NCBI GenBank assembly: GCA_964291405.2
Contig: OZ219926.1
Location: forward strand, 2,752,001 to 2,816,000
DNA from: Thermodesulfobacteriota bacterium
GTDB lineage: Bacteria > Desulfobacterota > Binatia > Bin18
Direction: 5' to 3'
DNA: 64,000 nucleotides
The notes below the pieces were generated by a model. The model was not told where the DNA came from and ran no database searches. It worked only from the letters and a program-made list of their open reading frames with translations. The first letter of the stretch is position 1; each line of letters opens with the position of its first letter. Both the position numbers and the translations under genes were made by a program. This document shows positions 40,183-49,545 of this stretch, piece after piece.

Positions 40183-41145
40183 ATGCCTACAATAAACTTG
40201 TTTTCCACTTATCGGCAGGGAGAGAACCGCGTCACCGCAACTTTCCTGGCTGTCCTCCAACGGCTAAGCCTACTCAACATCGACCGGATTCTCGGAGGAC
40301 TTCTTGAAGAAGACGCATTTAGCCTTGTCTCCTTTGAGAATCAGCCCAAAGGGCAGAGCACAAGACCTGATGCCAGAATTAGAACAAAATCCGCTATTTG
40401 GATTGAAACCAAGACATCTTCTGACGCGGTGAACACCAACCAGATCCAAGGGCATTTGGAAGTCCTTGGAGAAGGCGAGCGCCTGCTATTGCTCACGCCG
40501 GATGCCGATGAGCCCCAGCAATTGCCCGATAATAATAGAGTTATCTGGTCGAACTTCAGACGCTTGGTCGAGATCGTTGAAGGCATTCTCAAGGACGAGG
40601 ATGAGCCTCCTTCCGAACGGGAGGTATTCCTCCTGAGGGAGTTCATAAAGATGATCCGGCAAGACGGACTCACAGGTTCTACCGAGCAACTTATGAGAAT
40701 AGTGCCCTGTGGTCAGAGCCTTGAGATAAACAGAGAATATGGAATCTACTTTCACCCATCAGATCGTAGCTATACGAAACATCGGTTCGTAGGAATCTAT
40801 AAGGACAAGACCGTCCAGGCAATCTGGGAGATTGAGAGTGTTTTTGACGTTGAATACAACGGAGTTGAGTTTGAAAAAATATTGGTGGAGGGGGAGATGA
40901 CAGATGACTACGATGACAGACTCAGATCTATAATCAATGATGCAAAGAGTGAATGTGACTATGACATTCGGACTGGACACCGCTTTTTTTGTGGAGAGCC
41001 TCAAGAGACCCATTATGAAAGGTTGTCGCGCGGTGGCATTCCGGGTGCTCGGTTTCAGAATTTGCGAGAAGTCATAGGAGACCAATTTGACAACTTGGAT
41101 GTAGAGGGCATTGCACAGAGATTAAGAGAAATGACATGGGAATGA
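40183..41145 (+). CDS. hypothetical protein with N-terminal PD-(D/E)XK nuclease-like motif
   Basis: GENRVT...RPDARI...IWIETK...Q; visibly more AT-rich than its neighbours. Confidence 0.6.
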   Translation: MPTINLFSTYRQGENRVTATFLAVLQRLSLLNIDRILGGLLEEDAFSLVSFENQPKGQSTRPDARIRTKSAIWIETKTSSDAVNTNQIQGHLEVLGEGERLLLLTPDADEPQQLPDNNRVIWSNFRRLVEIVEGILKDEDEPPSEREVFLLREFIKMIRQDGLTGSTEQLMRIVPCGQSLEINREYGIYFHPSDRSYTKHRFVGIYKDKTVQAIWEIESVFDVEYNGVEFEKILVEGEMTDDYDDRLRSIINDAKSECDYDIRTGHRFFCGEPQETHYERLSRGGIPGARFQNLREVIGDQFDNLDVEGIAQRLREMTWE

Positions 41146-41394
41146 TGTCAACGAGTACGTCTTTAGTTTACATCGTTCAGGTTGGAGATGTGCTCCACGG
41201 GACGCCCAAGCCTGCTCGGCTATGTTCCACCATGTCGTGAGCGTTGTTTTGCTATCAGAAAATCAGCGAACAGAAAGAGATGCGACATGGACACAACGGT
41301 GCAAGTCCAACAAAGGGGCGATCCTGGTCGGAATGAGAGAGGAAAACTTCTTTTGGCACTAGAGACGGATACGCTTTGCCAAGAGAACGCGCCA

Positions 41395-41805
41395 TCAGGC
41401 GTGGCTGAGGATTGCGTCTGCGATTGGTTTGATTTCGGTTTCGTCGTTCCCGTGCTCACTGATCTTGAACTGCGGGAGTCGCTGAAGTATCCAGGGGATA
41501 TCGTCCTCCGGCAGTTGCTGGGGATCGCCTACCAATACCGGGATCAGGCGGTTACGATAACGGGTGCCGCTCAGAGCGGACTCGATTTCCCATTTTACCC
41601 AGGGTGAGCGCAACGCCTCAGGTGTTAGTAGCACAACCATAGCCTCGGACTCTTCGAGGGCCCGGGCGACCTCGTAGCCAAAATTGTCGCCCGGCATGAG
41701 GCAGCTATTCGCTTCCCAAACTTCAAGCCCGGCATCTTTCAGAACAGCGGAGATGTTCCCGACGAGCGGTTCATCCGTTTGGGCATGGCTGATAAAAACT
41801 TGCAT
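41395..41805 (-). CDS. stand-alone TIR domain protein
   Basis: VFISHA, MVVLLTPEALRSPWVKWEIESAL (catalytic Glu position), LIPVL. Confidence 0.9.
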   Translation of the reverse strand: MQVFISHAQTDEPLVGNISAVLKDAGLEVWEANSCLMPGDNFGYEVARALEESEAMVVLLTPEALRSPWVKWEIESALSGTRYRNRLIPVLVGDPQQLPEDDIPWILQRLPQFKISEHGNDETEIKPIADAILSHA

Positions 41806-41971
41806 TGAATCTCTCTGCTGACTTTTTAACCAATATCTACCCTAAAAGACGATACGAGACGCTAGCATAGGCGTCAAGGTCTCGTGTACAGAATGTCTGC
41901 ACAGCACGCGAGTGAGACTAGGGAGCCTGAGCCGTATTACAAGTCCTGTTCGTTCGACCTCGTTGTGCTTT

Positions 41972-43282
41972 TCAGAAGTCGGTCTGTCCAAAATCAATCT
42001 GGATATTGGAGTAGACCTCGTTCAGGCTGGATATGTGTTCCCACGGAACGCCTAAGCCTTCACGGCTGTTCCCCATCATGATGGGTTGCAGGTCTTCTCT
42101 GGCAAGAGGCTGGGCATCGGTGAAGACGAGCACGCCGGCCGCAGTGATCTGAGGTTGATCGAACTCGATAAATCGATCCGTCTCCCAGATGGCATCCTGC
42201 ATCGTCAGCGTCAGCATTTTTGTTTCACCCGGTTGGAAGAGTCCGTCGGGTTCCACCTGCATCGTCGGAATCTCGTTTTGTATATCCGTATAGAGGTCTT
42301 GCGTGGCGGGATTGATGAAAGACAGATAACTGGTCGTGAGCTTGCGTAAGACCACCGCTTGATCCGAGGTGTTCGTGGCTTCAACCTGCATGCTCAGGGA
42401 TCGCTCGGTGGTGTTATAGCGCAGCTCTTTGACCTCGGTCCGAACGGCACTCGGGACTGGGAGGCCGGACAGGTCCCACATTCTGGCGGCTTGGTGTGGA
42501 ATGATCGGCGGACGGCCCGAGTTCGTGACCAATAACCCTCCGATAACCAAGACCACCAGGACCACACCAAAAATAAGAGACGTTCGACGATCAGCGGGAG
42601 TGATTTGTTCTTCATCAACTCCGTTAACCAGCAGGGCGTAACGGACGAGCATCGGCCGTCTGGCCCAATAGCCCAGCCAGGCCAGCCCGAGAATCCCAAA
42701 CACGATATGCCAGCCGACAACCCGCCCAAACCCGTAGTGCTCCAGGTCTATGGTCTCGCCGGTTGCCGGAATCTGTACGGTATAGGATGGCGGGGCGTCG
42801 CCCGGCACAACGGTGATCCACTTGGCCGGACCCACCAGCCCGCCCGTACCGGACAGATTAATCAGCGGGTGGACATGATACCGGCCCGGCTCGCGCGCCT
42901 GGAGAATCATCTTAAAATCGTAAATCTCTCCTAATTCGATATTAAACGCGTTCTGGATAAAGCGGTCATTCACCCAGCGTTCTCGCACGGCAAGTTTCGG
43001 ACCCGGAACCAGGACGCCGAGCCATGCCAACTCCGGTATGGTCAGCATGCGTGGCCAGGAGTTCATCGCTCTGAACTTGCCGGTGACGGTCATGGTCTCG
43101 TTGACCGCGAGCCGCTCGTGCGAGAACTCTACGTTGAAGAACGAGATCCCGCGCATGCGGATAAACGGTTCGAGATTGTGCTCACCATGGGCGTGGACAA
43201 CCGGCGCCTGCATAAACGAGGCCCCGAACACGCACAGGCAGGCGAGGCTGACAGCGAGGCGGGCTTTTCCGAGTGGAGACAT
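41972..43282 (-). CDS. pmoB: copper membrane monooxygenase subunit B (PmoB/AmoB family)
   Basis: Signal peptide ending VHA, mature N-terminal HGE, EPFIRMR, PGRYHVHP, ETIDLEHY, two TM helices, C-terminal cupredoxin-like domain. Confidence 0.93.
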   Translation of the reverse strand: MSPLGKARLAVSLACLCVFGASFMQAPVVHAHGEHNLEPFIRMRGISFFNVEFSHERLAVNETMTVTGKFRAMNSWPRMLTIPELAWLGVLVPGPKLAVRERWVNDRFIQNAFNIELGEIYDFKMILQAREPGRYHVHPLINLSGTGGLVGPAKWITVVPGDAPPSYTVQIPATGETIDLEHYGFGRVVGWHIVFGILGLAWLGYWARRPMLVRYALLVNGVDEEQITPADRRTSLIFGVVLVVLVIGGLLVTNSGRPPIIPHQAARMWDLSGLPVPSAVRTEVKELRYNTTERSLSMQVEATNTSDQAVVLRKLTTSYLSFINPATQDLYTDIQNEIPTMQVEPDGLFQPGETKMLTLTMQDAIWETDRFIEFDQPQITAAGVLVFTDAQPLAREDLQPIMMGNSREGLGVPWEHISSLNEVYSNIQIDFGQTDF

Positions 43283-43297
43283 GAAAGCCTCTACCAG

Positions 43298-44041
43298 TCA
43301 GGTTTGACGCAGGACTTTCTGTAGCGGCATAACGCCGAGCAGTTTTCCCAGGCCGATGCCAATCCAATACATGAAGGTGCAGGCGATACCGGCCATTAAT
43401 ATGCTGATCCAGATACGCTGGCCCAGGAAGGCTTGCAGCGTGCCTTCATCTATCCGGCGTAAGTATTCCGGGGTCTGGGGGCGGATGAAGTAATAGCCCA
43501 TCAAATCGGCAACGGTAAAAGTCTTGCCAAACAGCGTCACCGGCTGCAGAAAAGGCATAAGCATCAGCCAGTTCACGGGATAAAAGAGAAAACCCCATAA
43601 AAACCCACCAATCAGACTCGTCGCCAGATAGCTGCGTGACCAAAAGAGAATCAGGTCAAGTGCCAGTGCCATGGGAATCGTTGTGGCCGGCCAGATAAAA
43701 TTAATCGGATAATACTCCATAGCGTAAAAGCTGAAGACCCGACTCAGCCAGGCTCCAATCAAAACGAACACCGCGGTAAACGTGGCTCCCAGCGGCAGAC
43801 GCAGATAGTACCAGGCCAGATAGTGGCCCACCGCAGTGACCAACAGAGCGGAGCTCGGGCCGGCGATCGGCCACCACAGCTTGTCTTTCCAGTCCACCCA
43901 GAAATCCCAGTCACCCATATAGAGCATACGACTGACATGGGGGATAACGGTGAAAAAGCCGATCAGGGCCAGGAGCAGGATGACATCAAAGACCTTGGCC
44001 ATTCTGTGCTGGCCAAGCGCGGCAAGCTCTTCGGCCTTCAT
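43298..44041 (-). CDS. pmoA: copper membrane monooxygenase subunit A (PmoA/AmoA family)
   Basis: GDWDFWVDWKD, RLPLGAT, YPINFIWP, LFYPVNW, TPEYLR.IDEGTL; RBS GGAGAGG. Confidence 0.95.
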   Translation of the reverse strand: MKAEELAALGQHRMAKVFDVILLLALIGFFTVIPHVSRMLYMGDWDFWVDWKDKLWWPIAGPSSALLVTAVGHYLAWYYLRLPLGATFTAVFVLIGAWLSRVFSFYAMEYYPINFIWPATTIPMALALDLILFWSRSYLATSLIGGFLWGFLFYPVNWLMLMPFLQPVTLFGKTFTVADLMGYYFIRPQTPEYLRRIDEGTLQAFLGQRIWISILMAGIACTFMYWIGIGLGKLLGVMPLQKVLRQT

Positions 44042-44120
44042 TGTTTTTAACCTCTCCTGAGGCCCGACCCTTCCTGAACGCCGTGCGTTGCGGCAGTCCG
44101 CCGGTAGACGAGTCGGTAGC

Positions 44121-44972
44121 CTACGATGAGGCCTTCGCCTCGGTTGACGCTTGCTGGGCCATTGCTCCCAGGTTTTCAAAGATGCGTGGAACGGTCTTAA
44201 AGAGCAGCGCAAACCCGGCAAAAAAGAAATACGTCGCCCAGGCAAACGGCCAATGGTAGGGCTGCACAAACAGTTCTTCGGTAATCCAGCTTGAGTGTCC
44301 CAGCTCATTAAACGCCACATTGGCGAACAGGAACCAGCCGCCGGCCGGAAACAGCAGATAGCAGATGGGTATGCCTTTGCCCCCTTCACCGACGTAGAGA
44401 TAGTGTAAACGGTTATAGGCGTACCAGGAGCTGACGCCAGTCATGATGATCAACATGGGAAAGGTATAGAAGAAGAGGGGGATGTGGCTGGGCGTAAAGG
44501 CCGTATCGCGCACCACAATTTGGTGCCACACAGCGTCTTGCTCGGCAAAATAGCTGACCCCAAAGCCAAACGTAGCCGCCACCGCGACCGTAGCCCAGAG
44601 TTTGCCGATGTGGTTGAGCTCGTGCTCGGGGTCGATACGCCCCAACTCTTTTCTCTGAACGGCACAGGTCGAACAGGGTTTGCGATAAGCCGTAAAGCCG
44701 ATGATGGCGGCGGCAATAAGGACGATCCACTCGACGTAGAGCAGACCCAACCAATACTTCGCAAATTCAGGCGTCGTTGCGTCCATACCAACCGGGAACC
44801 ACCACTCGCCCTGCCACAGCCTGATGAGAAACAACGACAGCAGCCCCAGGCCGCCGCCTATGACCAGAAAGCGCATGAACGGCATCTCGCCGTGCGCTGT
44901 TTTGTCGTGCTTCATTTCCCCTATCTGAACGGCTTGACTTTCGACTGAGGCCGACATAGACGTTGCTGCCAT
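44121..44972 (-). CDS. pmoC: copper membrane monooxygenase subunit C (PmoC/AmoC family)
   Basis: PEFAKYW, SYFAEQDAVWHQ..RDTAFTPSH, NELGH..EELF..PYHWPF. Confidence 0.95.
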   Translation of the reverse strand: MAATSMSASVESQAVQIGEMKHDKTAHGEMPFMRFLVIGGGLGLLSLFLIRLWQGEWWFPVGMDATTPEFAKYWLGLLYVEWIVLIAAAIIGFTAYRKPCSTCAVQRKELGRIDPEHELNHIGKLWATVAVAATFGFGVSYFAEQDAVWHQIVVRDTAFTPSHIPLFFYTFPMLIIMTGVSSWYAYNRLHYLYVGEGGKGIPICYLLFPAGGWFLFANVAFNELGHSSWITEELFVQPYHWPFAWATYFFFAGFALLFKTVPRIFENLGAMAQQASTEAKASS

Positions 44973-45117
44973 AGAAGGTCCCTCCCCGTGCATTATCATT
45001 CAGTCCCGAGCGCCCTGTAGTGGACAACCCCGGAACAATAATCGCACTGTACACAGAATAACATCCCCGTACCACATATCTTCCAAAATATGCAAACAGG
45101 GCTTTGAGTTCTGTCCC

Positions 45118-46272
45118 TTACCGATTGTGCTCTTCGTCCTCAAATACCCCCGGCTCATGCCAGCGACGGCTGATGAGCAGTTTCCCGGCGTGGTGTCGCT
45201 TCTTGCGGAAGCCCAACAGGTGAAAAATTTCCATCACAAGCCACCGGGCAATGCGTGGCTCGACGACCAGGGTCGTGGTCTGGTCTGGGTGTCTACGTAC
45301 TCCGGGCAGCAGCGGTAAGAGTCGCTCAAGCCGGAGGTGGCGCAGCCACACCGCGAGACGCAACCAGAACCGCCGGACTGTTCTGACCAGGAAAAACCCG
45401 TCCGCACCCTGACCTTGATAGAGGGGCATCAGGATCTGTCCGGACTCAGGAGCTCGAATCTGGCCGTGACGGTCACGGGCCAAGAGCTGGCCCCGCCTGA
45501 CCGACTGGAAGTTTGTGAAGCCGGGTTCCATCACAAAATCGTCACCGGCTTGGATCAGATGGTGATAGCGGATTTCCAATACCGGCTGCCCGGTCGGCGT
45601 CTTTTCGGGCGCGTCCTGGGGCCGGAGACAGCCAGCGGTTGTCAGGACGCTCCAGATGGCCACAGTATGGTTCTCCACTGCGCTTGGCGAAGCGTGCTGT
45701 CCGCCTTCAAAACCAATGACGACATGTCCCTGCTCGCTCAGATAATTCAGCAGCGTACCCTCTAGCTGTTCTTCCAGGCCAAGAATGACCGGAGCCTGAA
45801 GACCAAAGGCAAAGCGACGGTTGGGCAGGCTATCGCCAATCACCACAAACGGCTGACCCTCGGCAGAGGTGGTGTGCAGGTCGAGGAAGACCGCCGGTCC
45901 CTGGTGCTGGGCCAGCACGGTTTCTATTGCCGTCAGCAGCTCCCGCTGCTCCTGCTCTTCTGAGGTCAGCTCAGCGCGTTGCTCCCTCACCCCTTGGAGG
46001 CGCTCAGATATCCACAGTCGGTTGAAATCCTCATCAATATACCGACAGCCGCGCGCCAGCGCGGCGCGATTTCCGGTGAGCGCGAGTAGCTTGCCTCGAA
46101 AGGAAGGACACCGGGAATGTAAACTGTGCAGCACATCCTGCAAGGCAAAAACCCCAGCCGGCTCATTGCCGTGCATCCCTCCAATACCAATCACGAGCGG
46201 CCCGGGCGTATCGCCGCCATAACTGCCGAGCAGGCGGGGAAAGCCGGGGGACTGGGCGGGAGGGTCGGGCAT
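45118..46272 (-). CDS. succinylglutamate desuccinylase/aspartoacylase (M14) family protein
   Basis: GGMHGNE, DFNR, DLHTTS, FEGGQH, C-terminal biotinyl-like hybrid motif. Confidence 0.88.
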   Translation of the reverse strand: MPDPPAQSPGFPRLLGSYGGDTPGPLVIGIGGMHGNEPAGVFALQDVLHSLHSRCPSFRGKLLALTGNRAALARGCRYIDEDFNRLWISERLQGVREQRAELTSEEQEQRELLTAIETVLAQHQGPAVFLDLHTTSAEGQPFVVIGDSLPNRRFAFGLQAPVILGLEEQLEGTLLNYLSEQGHVVIGFEGGQHASPSAVENHTVAIWSVLTTAGCLRPQDAPEKTPTGQPVLEIRYHHLIQAGDDFVMEPGFTNFQSVRRGQLLARDRHGQIRAPESGQILMPLYQGQGADGFFLVRTVRRFWLRLAVWLRHLRLERLLPLLPGVRRHPDQTTTLVVEPRIARWLVMEIFHLLGFRKKRHHAGKLLISRRWHEPGVFEDEEHNR

Positions 46273-48188
46273 CAGTCCTTCCGGGCTGACCGTTCAAGCA
46301 GACGGGCCGTTAGCGTCAGGATGTCATGCTCGGTCACGATCCCGATCAGCCGCTCGTCCTTGGCCACCAGCAGAGACGCGCTTTTTTCTTGTTGCATCCG
46401 GGCGACTGCTTCTGCGAGGGGTGTCTCGGGTGGAAGCGTCAGCGGCTTCGACTGCATGATCGCCCCGACCGGGACCGGCTCGCTCTCGGCCTGCTGGAGT
46501 GACGGTGTACAGTGACGCAAGACCTCAAAGCACGAGATCAAGCCAACCAGCTTGCCCTGGTCGTCCTCAACCGGGATATGCCGAATCCGTTTCCAGTCCA
46601 TCAGCTTGGCCACCAAGTCTATCGGTTCATTGGGATGGACAGTGAACAGATCGGTCGTCATACATTCTTCAATACGCAGGGTGTGCACTTTCTCACTCCA
46701 GCCTTCTTCAATCTGGGCCAACGGCCACTCATGCACCGGGCTTCCCGCCCATTGTCTTCGAGCGGTGGCTGCGGTCAGCGCGCTCAGCCGCGCCGCTTGG
46801 GTATCAGTCTCCCGCATGTCTGCTAATGAGCGCAAGAGCCAAGACGAACCGGTCCGGCCGACCGTGACCCGTTGTTCGATCACGCCCAGGTACCGCTCAA
46901 TGTCCGCAGGGTTCAGCCTTGCCGTGCGGAGTCCGTGCCGGGCCAGCGGTAATAAGTCCTGGCGAATCAAGTCACGGGCTAGCACGACCTGCCCGTCGAG
47001 CCAGGTAAACTGGGCGTCCAAACCTCTCTGAGCCGCGGCAAGAAAATTGATTTCCGCGTTGTGGAAGGGCATTTTTTGAGCAATATCACCATAGGTTTGT
47101 TGCCCTCCCCGGAGTAAACCGAGGAAAAAGGCAGCGTTCGCGACCTCATCAACAACACTCGGACCGGCTGGCAGGACGCGGTTCTCAATACGGATATGGG
47201 CCTTCCCCCCTCCGATGCCAAAGCAACCTCTATTCCAGCGATACACCGTCCCCGTATGGAGACGCAGGGCTTGTAATTCGGGCAGCCCGCCCTGTTCCAG
47301 TAAGCGCAAAGAATCTTCCCGCGATGGCGTTCCGATCAGGACGCGAAAACGGGCCAAATCTTCCTGGATGAGATCGAGTATCGAGTGGTCTACCCACTGT
47401 TGACCGAAGCTCACCCGTGGCGCACGCTCACGCAGATGGGTGCTGGCGCGGCGGGTATCAACAGATTGCTGAAACAATGGAATCCGCGTCTCGCGCCACA
47501 GCCGGCGGCCAAACAGCAATGGCGAGTTGGCGGCCGCGGCCAGGAGCGGAGCCGTCATGGCCTGGGCGATATTATAACACTGGGGAAACTCGGCTGGCTC
47601 GACTTGGTAGTGGACCTGAAAACTGGTACAGCCCGCTTCCAGCATGACCGAGTCGTGCTTGAGGTTCAGCTCATCCGCGCCCTTGAGCTGAAATTCGTAA
47701 TCGCCCCCACGGAGCTGGGTGAGTATGGTATTCAATTCCCGGTAGCGCGGCTTGGGAGTCATATTGGTCAGCGCCAAGTCAGACTTGCGCAGCGTCGGCA
47801 AAATCCCACTCAGGACCACCTCGGCCCCACACTGGTGAGCGGCAGCCCGCACTGCGGCGAGTGAGCGGTTGAGTTGACCCTCAAGCTGACTCAGGCAGTC
47901 TCCCTCAAATACTAAGGGGTCCAGATTGATCTCCAGATTAAACAGCCCCAACTCAGTGGTGTAATGGGGGTCATCGATCCGCTCCAGGATATCCAGCGCG
48001 AGCGGCGCCGGATGCCAGGCGGCATCCACTAAGAACAGTTCTTGCTCAACCCCAATCCGGTGGACCCCGGATTCGATCAAACCGGTGTCAAGCATGTGCT
48101 CCAGCGCGTGGATATCGCGCAGGAGATGGGTGATAAAGCGGCGGAGTTGGCCTGAATCACTATCGCGCAGTACGTCTTGATTTCCCAC
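46272..48188 (-). CDS. glutamate--cysteine ligase (GCS2)-like protein with C-terminal CBS pair
   Basis: GVEQE, TTELGLFNLE, SFQVH, ANSP, WNR, RIENR; CBS motifs RHIPV and GIVTEHD. Confidence 0.88.
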   Translation of the reverse strand: MGNQDVLRDSDSGQLRRFITHLLRDIHALEHMLDTGLIESGVHRIGVEQELFLVDAAWHPAPLALDILERIDDPHYTTELGLFNLEINLDPLVFEGDCLSQLEGQLNRSLAAVRAAAHQCGAEVVLSGILPTLRKSDLALTNMTPKPRYRELNTILTQLRGGDYEFQLKGADELNLKHDSVMLEAGCTSFQVHYQVEPAEFPQCYNIAQAMTAPLLAAAANSPLLFGRRLWRETRIPLFQQSVDTRRASTHLRERAPRVSFGQQWVDHSILDLIQEDLARFRVLIGTPSREDSLRLLEQGGLPELQALRLHTGTVYRWNRGCFGIGGGKAHIRIENRVLPAGPSVVDEVANAAFFLGLLRGGQQTYGDIAQKMPFHNAEINFLAAAQRGLDAQFTWLDGQVVLARDLIRQDLLPLARHGLRTARLNPADIERYLGVIEQRVTVGRTGSSWLLRSLADMRETDTQAARLSALTAATARRQWAGSPVHEWPLAQIEEGWSEKVHTLRIEECMTTDLFTVHPNEPIDLVAKLMDWKRIRHIPVEDDQGKLVGLISCFEVLRHCTPSLQQAESEPVPVGAIMQSKPLTLPPETPLAEAVARMQQEKSASLLVAKDERLIGIVTEHDILTLTARLLERSARKD

Positions 48189-48344
48189 TCGTATCCCTCG
48201 GGCACGAATCCCTCACCGGTCTCGAATGCGGTAGCGTATGTTATATGTCGTAAGAGCGGAGGCATAGAGTGTCCGGTGACAAAGAGACGGAGCGCGCGGC
48301 TGTGTTTCTCCGAGAGCGTACACCACGCGGAGGAATTAACGACA

Positions 48345-48731
48345 ATGGCAAGTAAGGGCCGACCTTTCCGAACCGTCTCTTTCGAGGGCTTTGAGATTCT
48401 GGTGGGCAAAGGGGATGCCCAGAATGACCGGCTGACCTTCGAGGTTGCGGAGCCTGAAGACTTCTGGCTGCACGTGGTCAACTTTCCCGGCAGCCATGTC
48501 GTGGTACGCAATCCCGACCGGCTCGCCGCACTGCCGCCCGCGGTCTTGGTGCATGCGGCCCGGCTGGCGGCCTGGCATTCCAAGGCGCGCGGCAGCCGGG
48601 GCAAAGTGGAAGTGCATATCTGCCGGGCCGCGGACGTGTCTCAGCCACCCGACTTTCCGCCCGGTAAAGTGCTTTTACGTCGCTGGCACAGCCTCAAAGT
48701 CTATCCTTTGGAGCCGTCCGACGAGGCGTAA
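48345..48731 (+). CDS. stand-alone NFACT-R (DUF814) RNA-binding domain protein
   Basis: ILVGK...NDRLT, DFWLHV..PGSHVVV, AARLAAWHSKAR, PGKV. Confidence 0.85.
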   Translation: MASKGRPFRTVSFEGFEILVGKGDAQNDRLTFEVAEPEDFWLHVVNFPGSHVVVRNPDRLAALPPAVLVHAARLAAWHSKARGSRGKVEVHICRAADVSQPPDFPPGKVLLRRWHSLKVYPLEPSDEA

Positions 48732-48824
48732 TGGTGGACTGTGAATACCGGTTGGGGACAGCCCACAGTTTTCGGAACCCCGCCTATCGGCTTACGCTCC
48801 GCTTACTCGATTGACGGAGGACTG

Positions 48825-49127
48825 CTACACGGCGTGACAGCGAACCCGCGCACGGATTATGTCGCCGCTCTCGGCCTGCACCTTTGACAGTTCGTAGACC
48901 GTCTGAGCGTTCATCCAGAATTCCGGAGTCTGGCCGAAATACTCGCCCAGCGCAATCGCGGTCTCAGCCGTCACTCCGCGCCGTTCATGGACAATCTCGT
49001 GCAGGCGTGTCGCTGGCAGGCCCGTCTCACGCGCCACACGGCTGACGCTCAACGCCATTTCCTCAATTTGCTCCATGAGTAGCGCACCGGGATGCGTTGC
49101 AATCCGATGGGTCGGTGCCTTCAACAT
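48825..49127 (-). CDS. higA: HigA family antitoxin
   Basis: HPGALL, HTH, RGVTAETAIAL, PEFWMNAQ..YEL. Confidence 0.92.
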   Translation of the reverse strand: MLKAPTHRIATHPGALLMEQIEEMALSVSRVARETGLPATRLHEIVHERRGVTAETAIALGEYFGQTPEFWMNAQTVYELSKVQAESGDIIRARVRCHAV

Positions 49128-49142
49128 AGTCTCGCTCCTGTC

Positions 49143-49382
49143 TCAGTCATAATGGTTGTTCAACTCCACCTCGAAGGCATCCCCTGCCCGCCAGGTGAAA
49201 CATATCCGCCAGCCGCGCGATACACGAATGCTGTACTGTCCGGCGCGGTCTCCCCTGAGGCGTTCAAGCCGATTACCGGGCGGTACTCGAAGGTCTTTTA
49301 TAGAAGCTACATAGTTGATTCGGTCCAGCTTGCTCTGCGCTCTTTTCAGAAGTCTCGCCGGGAACGACCGGTCTCGCACCGG
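49143..49382 (-). pseudogene. higB: HigB toxin lacking its normal N-terminus
   Basis: DLRVPPGNRLERLRGDRAGQYSIRV..WRICFTW...NHYD; usual MIxSF start is missing. Confidence 0.75.
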
Positions 49383-49501
49383 ATGTCTACGAAGTCGAGT
49401 TCTGCGATGATGAAGGGCAAACCTACATGGAACTCGCACTGCGCAACGACCAGATTATCGCGCTCCATACTCAGGGAGAAACGTTAAAGATTGGTGCCTG
49501 A
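49373..49501 (+). pseudogene. DUF4926 protein C-terminal fragment
   Basis: LAPDVYEVEFCDDEGQTYMELALRNDQIIALH; no start codon or N-terminal half. Confidence 0.65.
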
Positions 49502-49545
49502 CCAGCGGAAAAAACAGCCATCTCGCAGGCGTGCCGTTGCGCTCC

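Noticed and set aside
41220-41459. 79-aa ORF downstream of TIR as a Thoeris-like effector
   Set aside because: No recognisable domain, and it overlaps the TIR gene out of frame
43298-44389. Long N-terminal extensions in ORF calls for pmoA (also csy3 and xylE)
   Set aside because: Downstream ATGs with good RBS match family starts; the extensions overlap neighbouring genes
44980-45117. Sigma-54 promoter for xmoCAB
   Set aside because: TGGTAC is present on the minus strand but the -12 TTGC element is missing
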